Positions 16,800 to 30,779 are shown, counted from the first letter of the stretch. The stretch is DNA of 64,000 nucleotides from Eledone cirrhosa (GCA_964016885.1 OZ024751.1:22258001-22322000); one strand, 5' to 3'. Notes: generated by a model from the sequence alone, not told the origin. Translations and numbers: made by a program.

Positions 16800-17415
16800 T
16801 TGGCATGAACTGGAGTGGAGTGGAGCAGGCCAGGAGATGAGTACAGGGATTGATTATCAGCATGAGTATGAATTGGAGTAGAGTAGGTCAGAACAAGAGA
16901 AGAGGTTGAGTATCAGCATGAGTATGAATTGGAGTAGAGTAGGTCAGAACAAGAGAAGAGGTTGAGTATCAGCATGAGTATGAACTGGCATGGAGCAGGC
17001 CAGGACATGAGTAGAGGTTGAGTATCAGCATGAGTATGAACTGGCATGGAGCAGGCCAGGACATGAGTAGAGTTTAAGTATCAGCATGAGTATGAACTGG
17101 CATGGAGCAGGCCAGGACATGAGTAGAGTTTAAGTATCAGCATGAGTATGAACTGGCATGGAGCAGGCCAGGACATGAGTAGAGTTTAAGTATCAGCATG
17201 AGTATGAACTGGTATGGAGCAGGCCAGGACATGAGTAGAGTTTAAGTATCAGCATGAGTATGAACTGGCATGGAGCAGGCCAGGACATGAGTAGAGTTTA
17301 AGTATCAGCATGAGTATGAACTGGCATGGAGTAGGACATGAGTACAGAGTTTTAGTATCAGCATGGGTATGAATTGGAGTTGAGTGAAGTGGCAAGGACA
17401 TGAGTACAAGGATTG
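16800..17415. repeat. 56-bp minisatellite, about 10 copies
   Basis: Unit agtatcagcatgagtatgaactggcatggagcaggccaggacatgagtagagttta; copies start at 17021, 17077 and onward (period 56). Confidence 0.95.
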
Positions 17416-17559
17416 AGTAAAGGCAGTAGAAAGCTTAGAGAAAAAGCAGATGGAGAAGAGGGAGGAGGCGCATAAAGCTAACTATGAACTATGAAGTAGA
17501 GGGTTGATAAAATGATTGAGTAGAGGCAGTTTAAAGCTGATAAAGGCAGTGAAAGTATA

Positions 17560-17608
17560 GTTGCTATGGAGATTGAGCATGAACTTAAGTATGATTTAGA
17601 AGTGTTGT

Positions 17609-17643
<35 letters not shown>

Positions 17644-17838
17644 AAAAAAAAAGGCAGTTGAAAGCTGAGGAAAGTAAATGATAATGTATGATCTTCTAAG
17701 TTGCTATGGAAACTGAGTGAAGGCAGTAGAAAGCTGAGCAAACATAACATAACTGAAGTCTATAATCAGGAGTTTGGTTGGTTGCTATAGAAACTGAATT
17801 ATGACTAATTTTAAGGCTTACATGGTTACTATGGAAAC
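17560..17838. promoter_or_regulatory. Cluster of four RFX X-box-like motifs
   Basis: GTTGCTATGGAGAT (17560), GTTGCTATGGAAAC (17700), GTTGCTATAGAAAC (17781), GTTACTATGGAAAC (17825); another GTTGCTATGGAAAC at 14835. Motif match only. Confidence 0.35.
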
Positions 17839-18403
17839 TGATCCAGTTTTCAAGAAAGACCCAAGAAGGCAAAACTAGGGAGATTGGGGGCTTGGGTGGG
17901 GAGGAGAAGAACAGAAACCGAACATAAAAAATATATAAATGTCTGTGTGTATACATGTGGTGTGTGTGTGTGTGTGTATAGATGTGTGTGTCCTCACACA
18001 TACACAGAGGCATGCACACTCACACAAGCTGCACACCAACACACATAAACACATACGTACATTCCCACACGTGCATTAACATGCACCAATACATACACAC
18101 AAATACACACTTACATACATGCATACACATATATAAATGAATGATTGGAGAATAATATCTAACAAAGGGATTTTCGTTGTTAATGTAGCTGACATTGTTG
18201 TTAGTTTTTAATTATTTCTTGCAGCTGTTGTAGTTGTTGTTGTTGTTTTTTTAATACTGTTGGTATTGTTGTGGTTGTTATCAATAATAGTGTTGTTGTA
18301 GTAGTTGTTTTAACAGGTGGTTAGCTGATAATCCAGCAAACTCTTGGTCCAGAGTTCAAATTCTAGATCAGATAGTAATTAAAGGAAACTAACTATATAT
18401 GTA

Positions 18404-18487
<84 letters not shown>

Positions 18488-18606
18488 AAGTGTAAACGTA
18501 TAACTACATAATCTCATACACATATAATTTATATGACACATACACACATACAATATGCAGGATATATAATTATGTGTGTGTTTCAGAGGTGTGTATATAT
18601 GCATAC

Positions 18607-18646
<40 letters not shown>

Positions 18647-18667
18647 AACACACACACACCCACACAC

Positions 18668-18738
<71 letters not shown>

Positions 18739-20275
18739 TATGCATACCTATATTTATCTGTCTATATACACATTTCTCTTTTACTTTGTAAACACACATA
18801 AACACAAACACATAAACACACAAACATATACACACACACAGGTGATAACAGAGCTATCACCATAAGAAGCTGTATGAAGTCTGGGTGTGTCATCTGCATA
18901 ATGTATGTCAAGAAATTCTGTTGGGGTGGGCCTGGGCTGGGAAGAAATATAATATACATCTATTATCATTATTATTATTATTATTATTATTATGACACCT
19001 CATACAACACTCGACCAATGAAAATGGTTCTGTAACCCTGTCTGTTTTTGTCCAAAAATAGCTATTTTAATGAAGAATTTGGTCTTTTAGTATGGCAGCA
19101 GCGATTGCTTTCATCTAGTTGGGTTTCTGTTTTTGCTTTTTGATTCTTTCTTTTTGTTCTTCTGTAACTTGTCGTCATCCATACATATACATATGTATGT
19201 ATATATTTATATATGTGTGTGTTTGTGTGTGTGTCTGTGAGTTTGTGTATATATATGTGTATGTCTGTATATATATATATATGTGTATATATATATATAT
19301 ATATTTATGTGTATATATATATCAATAAAATGAAGACTGACATAAGTAACTGAGATTGCTTTGATAATAATTCATAATTCCAGCCCAATTCTGTAGACTA
19401 GATGCCAAATGATTTATTTATTTATTTATTCATTCGTTTATTATTCCAGTTCTTTTTTTCTTTCTTTCTGTCTTTTAGTTTTTAAAGTTTTTATTTTTTA
19501 TATAATTTGATTTATGTTTTTTTAGTATGTTTGTTTGTATGTTTTTTTAAACAATAAATGGACATCAATGTAATCCATTTTGGTCTGTTATGAAATATTT
19601 TTATCATCATCCTTTTTTAATAATAACAATATTATTATTATTTTTATTATTTCAGTGTTTCTGTCTTAGTTATTCGTTTGTTTCTTCATTTATTTAATTT
19701 TTTTTCCAACTATAATTGTTTATATATATATCTGTAATGTTTTAATTGTTCGGAAAATTCATAACTTTTCTCCTCCGGTGAAGTTTTTTGTTTAAAACTT
19801 ATCACAGCAAATTTCTTTCTTTCTTTCATTTTTTTTTGAAATTTCATTTTTGGCTTTTGTTTATTTTTTGTAGTTTTTGATTTTCTTTTTTAACATTTTA
19901 CAATTTCTGTAATTTGTCAAAAAAAAAAATATATATATATATATATATAAACCTGATTGACTGACGGATAGCAATTTTGCTTTATTTTATAATTTTATTT
20001 ATATGGTAAAGAATTTTTCAAAGAATTTTTCGAATAATTTTTTCAAAGAATTTTTCGAATAATTTTCCGAATAATTTTTCGGTAAACAGCAGGTTGAAAA
20101 GCAGTTGAAAAACTGAACTAAAGAAGACAAGCAAGGAAGTCCCAGGTCTTCATTTTCTTCTCCTTCTCACTCCCCTTATTCTGTTTCTTTTTCTTCTTAT
20201 TCATCTTCACATATATATTGTCTTATTGTCTTTATATCATCCATGTATATGTATATATATATATATATATACATG

Positions 20276-20343
<68 letters not shown>

Positions 20344-20518
20344 CATATATATATACATATATATATACATATATATATATATACATATATATATACATAT
20401 ATATATATATACGTATATATATATATATTCATATACATATATATACATATATATATATATACATATATATATATACATATATATATATATACATATATAC
20501 ATATATATATATATAAAC

Positions 20519-20563
<45 letters not shown>

Positions 20564-20775
20564 TATATACATATATATATACATATATATATGTATATAT
20601 ATGTATATATATTTATATATATATGTATATATATATATATGTATATATATGTATATATATACATATAAATGTATATATATACATTATATATATATATAAA
20701 TGTATATATATATGTATATATATACATTATATATATATGTATATATATACATATATATATATTTATATATATACA

Positions 20776-20853
<78 letters not shown>

Positions 20854-21081
20854 CATATATATATATATTTATATATATATATTTATATATATATATACAT
20901 ATATATATATTCATATATACATATATATATATTCATATATATATATATATATACATATTTATATATATATATATATATATACATATGTATCTGTGTTAGA
21001 GGAGGTTGGAGGGAGATGAAAATGTAGGAGTCCAACCAGAAATTGTTCTTTTATTTTTATGCCATATTCCTATCACAGAAA

Positions 21082-21149
<68 letters not shown>

Positions 21150-22020
21150 ATACTTCCTGTATTGACTGCAACTGGTGTCATGATGAGAATTTTATGGTAA
21201 AAAAAAAGTGCAGATTAAACTCCTCTGAATGTATCCTCAACATTAGGTCAATTTTGTCTTGTAGCTTTAAAAAATAATTATCTCTCTTTTCTTTCTTTTA
21301 TTTAGTTCTTGGTCAAGACATTCCTTGTCTGAAGACATTCTTGCAATCATTTCTTGTCTCCGATTTCAGAAGAAAAACAAAACAAAGTTTAATAAAAATA
21401 ATAATAAAAGGAAAAATTATTTCCACCATAATGCTGTTTTGTTTGAGATGTTTTTTTTCTTTCTTTTTGCCATTCAAACAGATGAATAGATCGATGCATT
21501 GATATCCAGCAAATAATGAGCAGATATCAGATATATTTGAATTTTTGTACTATGGAGTGTTAGAAACAGTTCCAGGGAAAAAATTAAAATTCTCAATGTA
21601 GTTATTTATATTTTAACTTTCAAAGTTCGTCTTCATTTAAACTGAAAATATAAAATGAAAAACAATATTATTTTAATGAAATTATAAATATATTCTGAAA
21701 CACACACATTCATACAAACACATACTTACACTCGAAGAAAACCACCTGGTGAAATTATTTCTGGTAGTAAATAAAGATTGTAGATAATTTTATCATTGTA
21801 GTCTGGTGTGGTATCTGGATATGGATATATATATATAAATTAATAAAAACAATGAATAAAAACAAAGAACAAGTTCCTTATATTAAAAAATTCATCATTT
21901 TACGATCGTTTCTAGGATATATATGTGTGTTGGTATGTATATCATATAGATCTATGTAAAAATATTACAAACTACCAGAGGAAATATACATACCTTCACA
22001 TATATATGCTGTCTTCAGAA

Positions 22021-22178
22021 ATAATTGTTTTTACTTTAGGCACAAGGCCAGCAATTACCCAGTGCATTACTGGTACTTTATTTTATCTACCCCGTAAGGA
22101 TGAAAGGCAAAGTCAACCTCGGCGGGATTTGAACTCAGATCGTGAAGGGACGTAACTATGCTGGAAAGCATGGCGTCC
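22021..22178 (-). mobile_element. 5'-truncated SINE family A copy forming the spacer of a ~180-bp inverted duplication
   Basis: Matches family A; flanked by inverted arms 21835-22016 and 22179-22362. Confidence 0.85.
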
Positions 22179-22486
22179 AAAGACAGCATATATATACGTG
22201 AAGGTATGTGTATTTCCTCTGATAGTTTGTAATATTTTTACATAGATCTATATGATATACATACCAACACACATATATATCCTAGAAACGATCGTAAAAT
22301 GATGAATTTTTTAATATAAGGAACTTGTTCTTTGTTTTTATTCATTGTTTTTATTAATTTATCTTGACTCTGTTTTCCTGTGATTTTCATCGAAAAGTTT
22401 TGAATGCATCTTCTCTCTTCATGATATTTGGATTACATTGAGTTCTTCATACGGATTGGACACTACCGTATATTTTGGTACATTTA

Positions 22487-22530
<44 letters not shown>

Positions 22531-22894
22531 GATATATATATCATCATCACAGTTTAATGGCCACTTTTTCATGTTGGCATGGGTTAGACGAGTTATCCTG
22601 TTGTGAGCAATGCCAGGTCATGTGGCCATGTCTTGCTCATACAGAACTGATTTGGGCTTGGTTTCTACAGCTGGCTGTTCTTCCTAGCGTCAACCTTATT
22701 TACAGTGTCTACTGGGTGCTTTTTGTAATGACACCTACAAGACCACTTTACAGTGTAGGCTAGGCACATGTTTGCCATGTCACCACTACGATGACTTTAC
22801 AGTGTGGGCTGGATGCTTCACTGGCTGTATACTTCAGCTTGACCTCATGGGGAATGTATAGGGGTGGGTGGGATGGCGCATGCTATATATATAT

Positions 22895-24960
22895 ATGCTT
22901 CAGTTAAGACCTGTGCCCGTGGGAATTCGGTCTTCTGTATTACTGTATAACACCAGATATCTCGGTCCTGTGTTATTATCTTTGAGAGGAGCAACTTGGC
23001 GAGGCCAGCTTTTATCACCTCATCCCAAGTCTTCCATCGAATTTGAGTGCTCTGCACCTTTTTATACAGCAGTCATCCTTCATACACATCACATGTCCAT
23101 ACCAATGCAATCTCTTCTACCCACTGCATATGATTCCTCTTATGTCTAATTTCTCTCTGAGTTCGTTTATGCTTTGCCATTCACGTGTATTACTATTACA
23201 TATTCACCGTTGCATGCAAGCTTCATTTCATTCCAATCTATATAAGTAGTCGTCTGTACACAGCACCCAGATCTCACTACCATGAAACATTGCTGTTTGT
23301 ATGCACACATCATAAAGTCTGCCTTTCATTTTGAAGGAAAAGCTTTTTGTATGTAACAGTGGTAGTATCTCCCTGAACTTCTTCTATCCTGTTCTTACTC
23401 TAGCTACTGTACTTTCAGAACATCCACCTCCACCGCTAATGTGGTCACCCAGATAGCAGAAGCTGTCTACTGATTCTACCGAGCCTTCCTAGAATTTCAT
23501 AGCACTTGTTTCCTGTGGTAGTTTGCTGCTTACTGTCCTGGTGCAACTGCTAAATGTAAAGCCTACATTCTTAGCTAACCTTCCTGAGATCACATTACAT
23601 CTCTTGTGTACCCATAGTTTGCATTTGTGTACCCATAGTTTGCATTTCTACATACACCTTTCTTACATACTGACCAAGGCCATTTCCCCGAGGGGATCAG
23701 GGTTCTGTTTTCTCTTTTACTTACTAGGACCTTATTCTTTGTCACGTTGATTGTAAGACCCTTTATTTCTAGACCCTGTTTCCATATTTTCAATTTTCTT
23801 CTCTAGTTCCACATTAGATTCTGCATACATGATTCCCCATGGCTACTGGTCTTAAACTCCTCTGTTATAGCCTGTAGTACTATGATAAACAGGAAAGGGC
23901 TAAGAACAGAGCCCCGGTGGACGCCAACCTGTATGCTAAATTCCTCGCTATAATTCTTGTTAATGCTAACTTTGCTGACTGCTCCCCTATGCATGGCTTG
24001 TACAGCCTTCACAAGTCACTCATCTACTCCTAATTTTCTAAGAGCCCACCAGATTATGGCATGGGGCACTCTGTCGAAAGCTTTTTCCAGATCGACAAAT
24101 GTCAGGTAGAGTGGATTACTTTTAGCTAGGTACTTTTCCTGTAATTGCCACACAAGGAAGAGGGCATCTGTGGTGCTTTTGCCTGGCACTAATCCGAACT
24201 GCATCTCATCTAGATTTACCCGGTCCCCAATCAACTGTGCTATAAATCTTTCTGTTACTTTCATGACCTGGTCCGTCAGATTTATGCATCTATAGTTTCG
24301 TCTATCTAGTACATCTCCTTTACCCTTGTAGCAGTTGACAATGATGCTGCTGTGGCAACCATTCGGTATAACATCATCTGGTATTATTTGGTTTACAATA
24401 CATGTGGTTATTATGTGACCTACCGATCCAGATGCTTTCAGCATCTCAGCAACTATTCCCGATGGACCAGCTGTTTTCCCAGTCTACATATCATTAACTG
24501 CCTTACTCACTACATTGATGCTGACTTGTGTTGCTGGGCCCTCTATGGGGTCCACTTGGGGCAGGGTCTTTCTCCCATGCATTCTCCTCATTCAGTAATC
24601 TTTCATAATAGCTCTTCCACGCAGCTTTCTTCTCGGCCTCTGTGAGGGCAAGTGTATTTTTATCATCCGGGACACACTTCTCACCAATAACATCACAATT
24701 TTCTCTAATGCACTGCCTCGCAATTCTGAACACCTCCTGTCTCTGGTCCTCACGCTGCAAAACATAGTTGAATTTTTTATCCTCCACTTCCCTTCTTGTT
24801 AAGTATAACTTGTCGCCTAGCTTCCCTCCTGGCCTCTATGTAGTGTGCCCTGCTTCCCCCGTTCTTCCATTGTTTCCATGCCTGTCTCTTGGTTTTAATT
24901 GTCTCATCTACCTTATTGTTCCACCACCAAGTCACTCTCCTAATCTTGCACCATCCACAC
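22895..24960 (-). mobile_element. Decayed, 5'-truncated RTE-clade LINE (reverse transcriptase pseudo-ORF)
   Basis: Broken ORFs give RTE-type motifs TWWWNNKV, CYKGKGD..NYRCI, QFGLVPGKSTTDALF, FVDLEKAFDRVP, GVHRGSVLSPFLF, INVTKNKVLV and RWKTWDEVIK. Multiple stops and frameshifts; the YADD region is disrupted. Confidence 0.93.
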
Positions 24961-24982
24961 ACACATACATACACATATTCAT

Positions 24983-25077
<95 letters not shown>

Positions 25078-25367
25078 AGTCGACAGATGTTGTAGATATT
25101 GCTACTCCAATGTTACAAACCGGAGCGATATGGGAGAACACTCTCAGGCATGAAAAACTCCAAGCGAAACCCGTCATATTATTCTTACAGACACAGTGGA
25201 GAAAATGTCACCCTGAACAAGAGCAAAGGAGACACTTTGAAATAGCCATCCCAACACATGGGGTTCAGTTTTATGGGTGGTCAACTCCACCCCGATATTA
25301 GTGAGAAAAGAGGTGATATGGAGAGGAAGAATGCCAGAAGTCTTCATCACTACAGTTTCAACAACAA

Positions 25368-25692
25368 GATAACTTACTTTTGCCTGAGTGTCATTTCTTT
25401 ATGGTATAATTTTATATAACTTACATTTGTCTGGGTGTCATATATTTATGGTACATTTCTATATAACTTACATTTGCATGGGTGTCATTTATTTATGGTA
25501 TATTTCTATATAATTTACTTTTACCTGGGTATCATTTTGTTTGTGGTATATTTCAATATAACATACTTTGCCTGGGAGTTATTTATTTAGGGTATATTTC
25601 TATATAACTTACCTTTGCCTGGGTGTCATTTATTTATGGTATATTTCTATATAACTTACTTTTGCCTGGGTGTCATTTGTGGTATTTCTATA
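25368..25692. repeat. ~47-bp minisatellite (about 7 copies) derived from an exon end plus splice donor
   Basis: Unit ataacttacttttgcctgggtgtcatttatttatggtatatttctat; most copies read GTAAGT on the minus strand. Confidence 0.85.
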
Positions 25693-25772
25693 TCTGCATT
25701 GCCGTTCTCTGCAATGAGGGGAGTGAGCCGTAAATCTGGTGATCCAGGTTCTTCACATCCAGACGCTCCAGC
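25660..25772 (-). CDS. Candidate internal exon (113 nt) of an unidentified host gene
   Basis: Acceptor ttctctctcttcgttttgcag, donor AA|gtaagt, non-repetitive and GC-richer than flanks. Phase-0 frame is open: AGASGCEEPGSPDLRLTPLIAENGNADIEIPQMTPRQ. An alternative frame LERLDVKNLDHQIYGSLPSLQRTAMQI* ends in a stop. Confidence 0.6.
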
Positions 25773-26138
25773 CTGCAAAACGAAGAGAGAGAAGAATAAA
25801 CAAAAATGTAAATCCCCACAAGGAGGCACTTGTTGCTATTGTTGTTGCTATTAGCAACTTTTCAGAAGGAGTCTTTTGTTTATGTGGGGACACATTTCAT
25901 TAAGGGTTTTCTCAGTGAGAGGTGAATGATAACATCGACTCCACCTCAGGTGGTCCACTTAACTCATCGTTTAACACGTAAACTTGGCCCTTGAGTGCTT
26001 TACACACACACACAAACGGAGATAAATGGTAAAATATCTTGGTGTGATTTAAGTTCAGATAATTAAAAGGGTGTAACTAAATACCGCAAGGCATTTTGTC
26101 TGATATTTTATTAATTCCGTCATCCAACATTTTTAATA

Positions 26139-26310
26139 ATAATTGTTTCTACTTTTGGCACAAGGCCAGCAATTACTCAGTACATTACTGGTACTTTATT
26201 TTATCGACCCCGTAAGGATGAAAGTCAAAGTTAATCTCGGTGGGATTTGAACTCAGAAAATAAAGGCACGTTACTCTATGCCGCAAAGTATGTTGTCCGA
26301 TGCTCTATGG
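26139..26310 (-). mobile_element. SINE family A copy
   Basis: Matches the family A core and tail. Confidence 0.85.
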
Positions 26311-26647
26311 CTTGCTCTTTTGATATAGTGACGGTATAACATCTGCCAATAACGTGTGTGTGCGTGAATATGAGTGTGTATGTTGGTGTGTGTGTGAGTG
26401 TGCGCGCATGTGCGTGGTTGTGTGTGTGTCAATTAAATAAATATGCATAATGGTGGCATAAGCTGATAGTAAAATGATGTGTCGGAAATGTAGTGAATTA
26501 ATGATTGGTTCATTGGATATCTATAATTAATATATCTATTAATTATAAAATACTTTATACAGAAAAAAAACAACTCGGCAAAATAGAACAATGTATATAT
26601 ATAATATTATATAGTATTATATATGCATATCATTATTTTAAATAATG

Positions 26648-26836
26648 GGCGGTGGATTGGCAGTATCGGTAGAGGGTCGGACGCCATGCTTTCCAGCATA
26701 GTTACGTCCCTTTACGATCTGAGTTCAAATCCCGCCGAGGTTGACTTTGCCTTTCATCCCTACGGGGTCGATAAAATAAAGTACCAGTAATGCACTGGGT
26801 AATTGCTGGCCTTGTGCCTAAAGTAGAAACAATTAT
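26648..26836 (+). mobile_element. Full-length young SINE family A (tRNA-derived) with 16-bp target-site duplication
   Basis: Pol III A and B boxes present; TSD attattttaaataatg at 26632-26647 and 26832-26847, overlapping the ATTATT tail. Confidence 0.95.
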
Positions 26837-27339
26837 TTTAAATAATGCAAAAAAAAAAAAATCACGTTAAGAAACCATGAACAAAAATGTCAAAATTTAT
26901 CGTATAATAATTCAATGCTGCAATAAAAATCAAGGTAGATAACTCTAAATGACAAAAACATGTATCTTAGAGTTACCTTTCTTAGATAAAATACAATGGC
27001 TGCCGCCATTTTGTTTTTTGTACGAGACTTATTTTTGTTTTCATGCAGTTAAAATAAAATAAATTAGAAAAAGACAAAACAAAAACAAAACGAAAAGAAA
27101 CAAGCACAATGTAAATAAAAAAGAATTAATAAATGTTTCAGGTAATAAATTGGCACAAGAAAATCAAATATGCAATATTAATTTTTAAAGTTGTCAGAAG
27201 CGAATGTTGAGGATAAGTTACTTCCCTTGTTTGTTCTTATCGATGATTATATAACGTACATTAATAATGACGTTGGTCGATGTTTACTGTGATTGATTCT
27301 ACCATAAAGGTAATCAATAATTACACACAAACAGGTATG

Positions 27340-27404
<65 letters not shown>

Positions 27405-27447
27405 ATATATACATATCTATACATGTATATACATGTATTTAGATATA

Positions 27448-27518
27448 CAATGTCTCCCCAAAATGTATGCACGCTTCAACAGCATTCTAATGTGTATACA
27501 TTTTTTGGGTACACCTTG
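27448..27518. mobile_element. Tiny Tc1/mariner-type MITE (~71 bp)
   Basis: Imperfect TIRs caatgtctccccaaaatgtatgcac / gtgtatacattttttgggtacaccttg, flanked by TA. Confidence 0.6.
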
Positions 27519-27822
27519 TATGTGTGTATATATACACACATATATATATATGTGTGTATATATATATATACACATATATACATATATACACATATATGTG
27601 TGTGTGTATATATATATATATACTGAAACACACACACACATATATATATATATCTGTGTATGTGTATATGTATATATATACACATATATATATATACTTA
27701 TATACATGTGTGTGTGTGTGCATGTATGGTTATTGACTACTTAAGGATGTTACGGTTTAGCTTCTGCCATTTCAATTGAGAATCCTAATAAAACCTACTC
27801 TCTACTTTTCTATTATATAGAG

Positions 27823-28129
27823 CAGAGGTCCCCAACCACTGGGATGCGGACTGGTACCGGTCCGTGGAGCATTTGATAAAGAAATAATTGACTTGTTTAA
27901 AATTATATAATAGATAAATTGAATATTGAACTTTAATTTAAATAGATTTACATGAAAGTCAAAAGATTATACACTTTTTCTTCCCTTTAATAAATTGTTC
28001 TTTTTATTATTGCTCTCTTGATCGAATGCACTTAAATAACACACATGTGCAACTACCGGTCTACGGTAGGGTTGTCCGGCATGAAGCTATGAAGCCACTC
28101 TGTGGTATAAAAACGGTTTCAGACCACTG
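27823..28129. mobile_element. hAT (Charlie/MER1-like) MITE
   Basis: Ends CAGAGGTCCCCAACC...GGTACCGGTCCGTGG and aaaaacggtttcagaccactg; near-identical 8-bp TSD atatagag / atagagag. Confidence 0.75.
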
Positions 28130-28176
28130 ATAGAGAGTACTTAGTAGCATAAATGGCCTTACTGGTTTTAGCTAGT

Positions 28177-28265
<89 letters not shown>

Positions 28266-28341
28266 TCCAATTTTCATTCTGGTTCATGGCCAAGGTGTGT
28301 ATAACAACATACAACGACTTCAGTGTTACACAATGAAATCT

Positions 28342-28607
28342 TTAACCTTTTCGTTACCGCATTCGTCATGACTTGCCACTGTCTATTATTGAAAATAATC
28401 AAAAGTTTAGAATGATTTAGTAATATAACTACTATTCCGATTATTAAGTCGGTGTTTGAAATATAACCACCATTCCGATTATTAAGTTGAAACATAACTT
28501 AGCAAAGTTTCTTTCATAAAATTATGATGGGAGGTTTAATTTTAAACAAGAATACTTAAACAAAAGGATCTGTATTACAGCACCAGATGCGGTTTCTGAA
28601 GGGTTAA
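28342..28607. mobile_element. TTAA-flanked MITE-like element
   Basis: ttaaccttttcgttaccgc ... gcggtttctgaagggttaa imperfect TIRs. Confidence 0.5.
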
Positions 28608-28925
28608 ACTTCATCCTTCAATTAAAAAGAATGATTAGCATTTGTTAGTTAGAAGTATGATTAATGAGAAGAACATTAGAATATATTTCAGGACGATGAG
28701 TGGCAGAATCGTCAGAGAGTGGAGCAAAGTGCATATAGAAAAAGAGAGATGGGTTTACAATTAAAGAGCAGGCATCAGGGAGTCTCATTTGTGAGGAAAG
28801 AAAGGAAGAGCAGAAGGGAGGAAGGAAGGAAGGAAAGGAAACATGCAAAATACAAATGGAAAATATTTTATTTTGGATAAATTCTAAAAGTCTAAAGTCT
28901 GTCTCGAGCACATCAATTCATCAGG

Positions 28926-29166
28926 AAGGGGCTTATTCCGGTTTCCATGGTGTTAAGCAACTGAGAGTACAAGACTACCCCCCAGGACATGATGCCAGTC
29001 CATTGCAGAGTTAAATGCCCAGCTATTGCTGGTACTCATTTTCAGCTGAGGATACTGAAGCAACGTCAAATGAAGTGTTTTGCTTTAGAACACAACACAA
29101 ACTAGTCTAGGAATCGAACCCATGACAATTTGTTAAATCCAACACCCATACCACTAAGTCACGTGA
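28926..29166 (-). mobile_element. Older tRNA-derived SINE, V-domain-like
   Basis: gatgccagtccattgcagagtt...gctggtactcatttt, aagtgttttgct..gaacacaacac, and tRNA boxes aggaatcgaaccc / ccactaagtca on the reverse strand. Confidence 0.65.
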
Positions 29167-29637
29167 CTAGATAAATGACAAGGAACTAATTTGTCAATTA
29201 CTAACAACTATTTACGGCCTATATGTTTAGTATCGACTTTATATTTACTTTGTTCTTTTTCTTCAAGTTTTGAAACTTTTATACATTATAACATCATATA
29301 TTCCATATGGAAAACCTATTTCTCGTCTAATTTAATTGTAATATGTATACAACATATCGTCGACCCAAAGCCGAGCAAAGTCACTTTCTTATTATATTAG
29401 CCTGTATTAGATGTTAACTTTTCTGCTGTGTTCCCTTAGATGGCTACTGCATCATAACTTTGTTTTGAATGTTTCATGGTAGATAGGGACTGCACACTAC
29501 TTTTCGATGGTCATACTACCAAAGTATAACAAAACATGTTTCAACATACAGTTTTACATAAAGTATTTTGCCCCCCTCCCCCTCCAAAGACTATGTTAAA
29601 GTGTGTGTATGAGCTCAACCATTGGGGTCCTGAATCT

Positions 29638-29688
<51 letters not shown>

Positions 29689-29813
29689 CACACACACACA
29701 AGGGCCGGCCATCGAAGAAACAACACAATGTGTTTGGCCGGCCCCCTGTATCACGAAAAGAAACTTTTGAGGGGGGGAATTATTGGATTTTTCAATGTTT
29801 ATTTTAGGTTTTG

Positions 29814-29871
29814 CCGTCTGAAGAGCTGAGGTTATCATAAACGATAGTCCTCAGTGAAATATATATAACGG
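29814..29871 (+). ncRNA. Type I hammerhead ribozyme with intact core
   Basis: ccgt-CTGAAGA-gctgagg[ttatc..gatagt]cctcagt-GAA-ATATATAT-A-acgg. Stem I ccgt/acgg, long stem II, palindromic stem III, AUA cleavage site after 29867. Confidence 0.8.
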
Positions 29872-29930
29872 AGTTTCAAATAAACCTGAATCATCTGAAT
29901 ATGGCCTCTGATATTTCATTAACATATATT

Positions 29931-29985
<55 letters not shown>

Positions 29986-30506
29986 CTTCAAGTGTCAAGT
30001 TGACATTCGGTATGATATGGAAATGAAGCAGAATTCAAAGGAAGTTTCAAATAATAATAATAATAATGGTAGATGAAAGGAAGACAGTAGGCTTCAATAT
30101 ACAAGAATCTCTAGTGAAAGAACCTGTTCTAATTATTAAGTTCAACACCCTCCATTCTAATCACAACAACAACAACAACAACAGAACCACCACCACCATC
30201 ATCATCCATTCACTACCCATCACTGCCCCAGACTGTCTTAATGACCCTGTCCTTCCCCTTCACCATACTCAACCCTGCCACACCCCACCTCCATTATCAC
30301 CCCACTGAACCGCCACCCCTACTATTTAATTGCCTAACAACCCAACCATCCAACTAACGACGACGACACAGTTATGGCTTGAAAGAACTTCCAGGAAATG
30401 CAAATGGCTTATTCTTTCTTTGTCTGTCTGGTTTAGATATATAGGCATGCCTATATATACATACATACATATATATACATATATATATATACATATATAT
30501 ACATAT

Positions 30507-30539
<33 letters not shown>

Positions 30540-30744
30540 CATACATATATATACATATATACATACATATATATATATATATATACATATATACATATAT
30601 ATACATATATATATACATATATACATATATATATACATATATACATATATATATACATATATACATATATATATATGCATATATACATATATATATATGC
30701 ATATATATATATGCATATATACATATATATATATGCATATATAC

Positions 30745-30779
<35 letters not shown>

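Noticed and set aside
16800-17415. Possible CRISPR-like array
   Set aside because: Contiguous tandem units with no unique spacers, in eukaryotic DNA: a minisatellite.
26648-26740. tRNA gene call for SINE heads
   Set aside because: A and B boxes only, no proper cloverleaf, and contiguous with SINE bodies.
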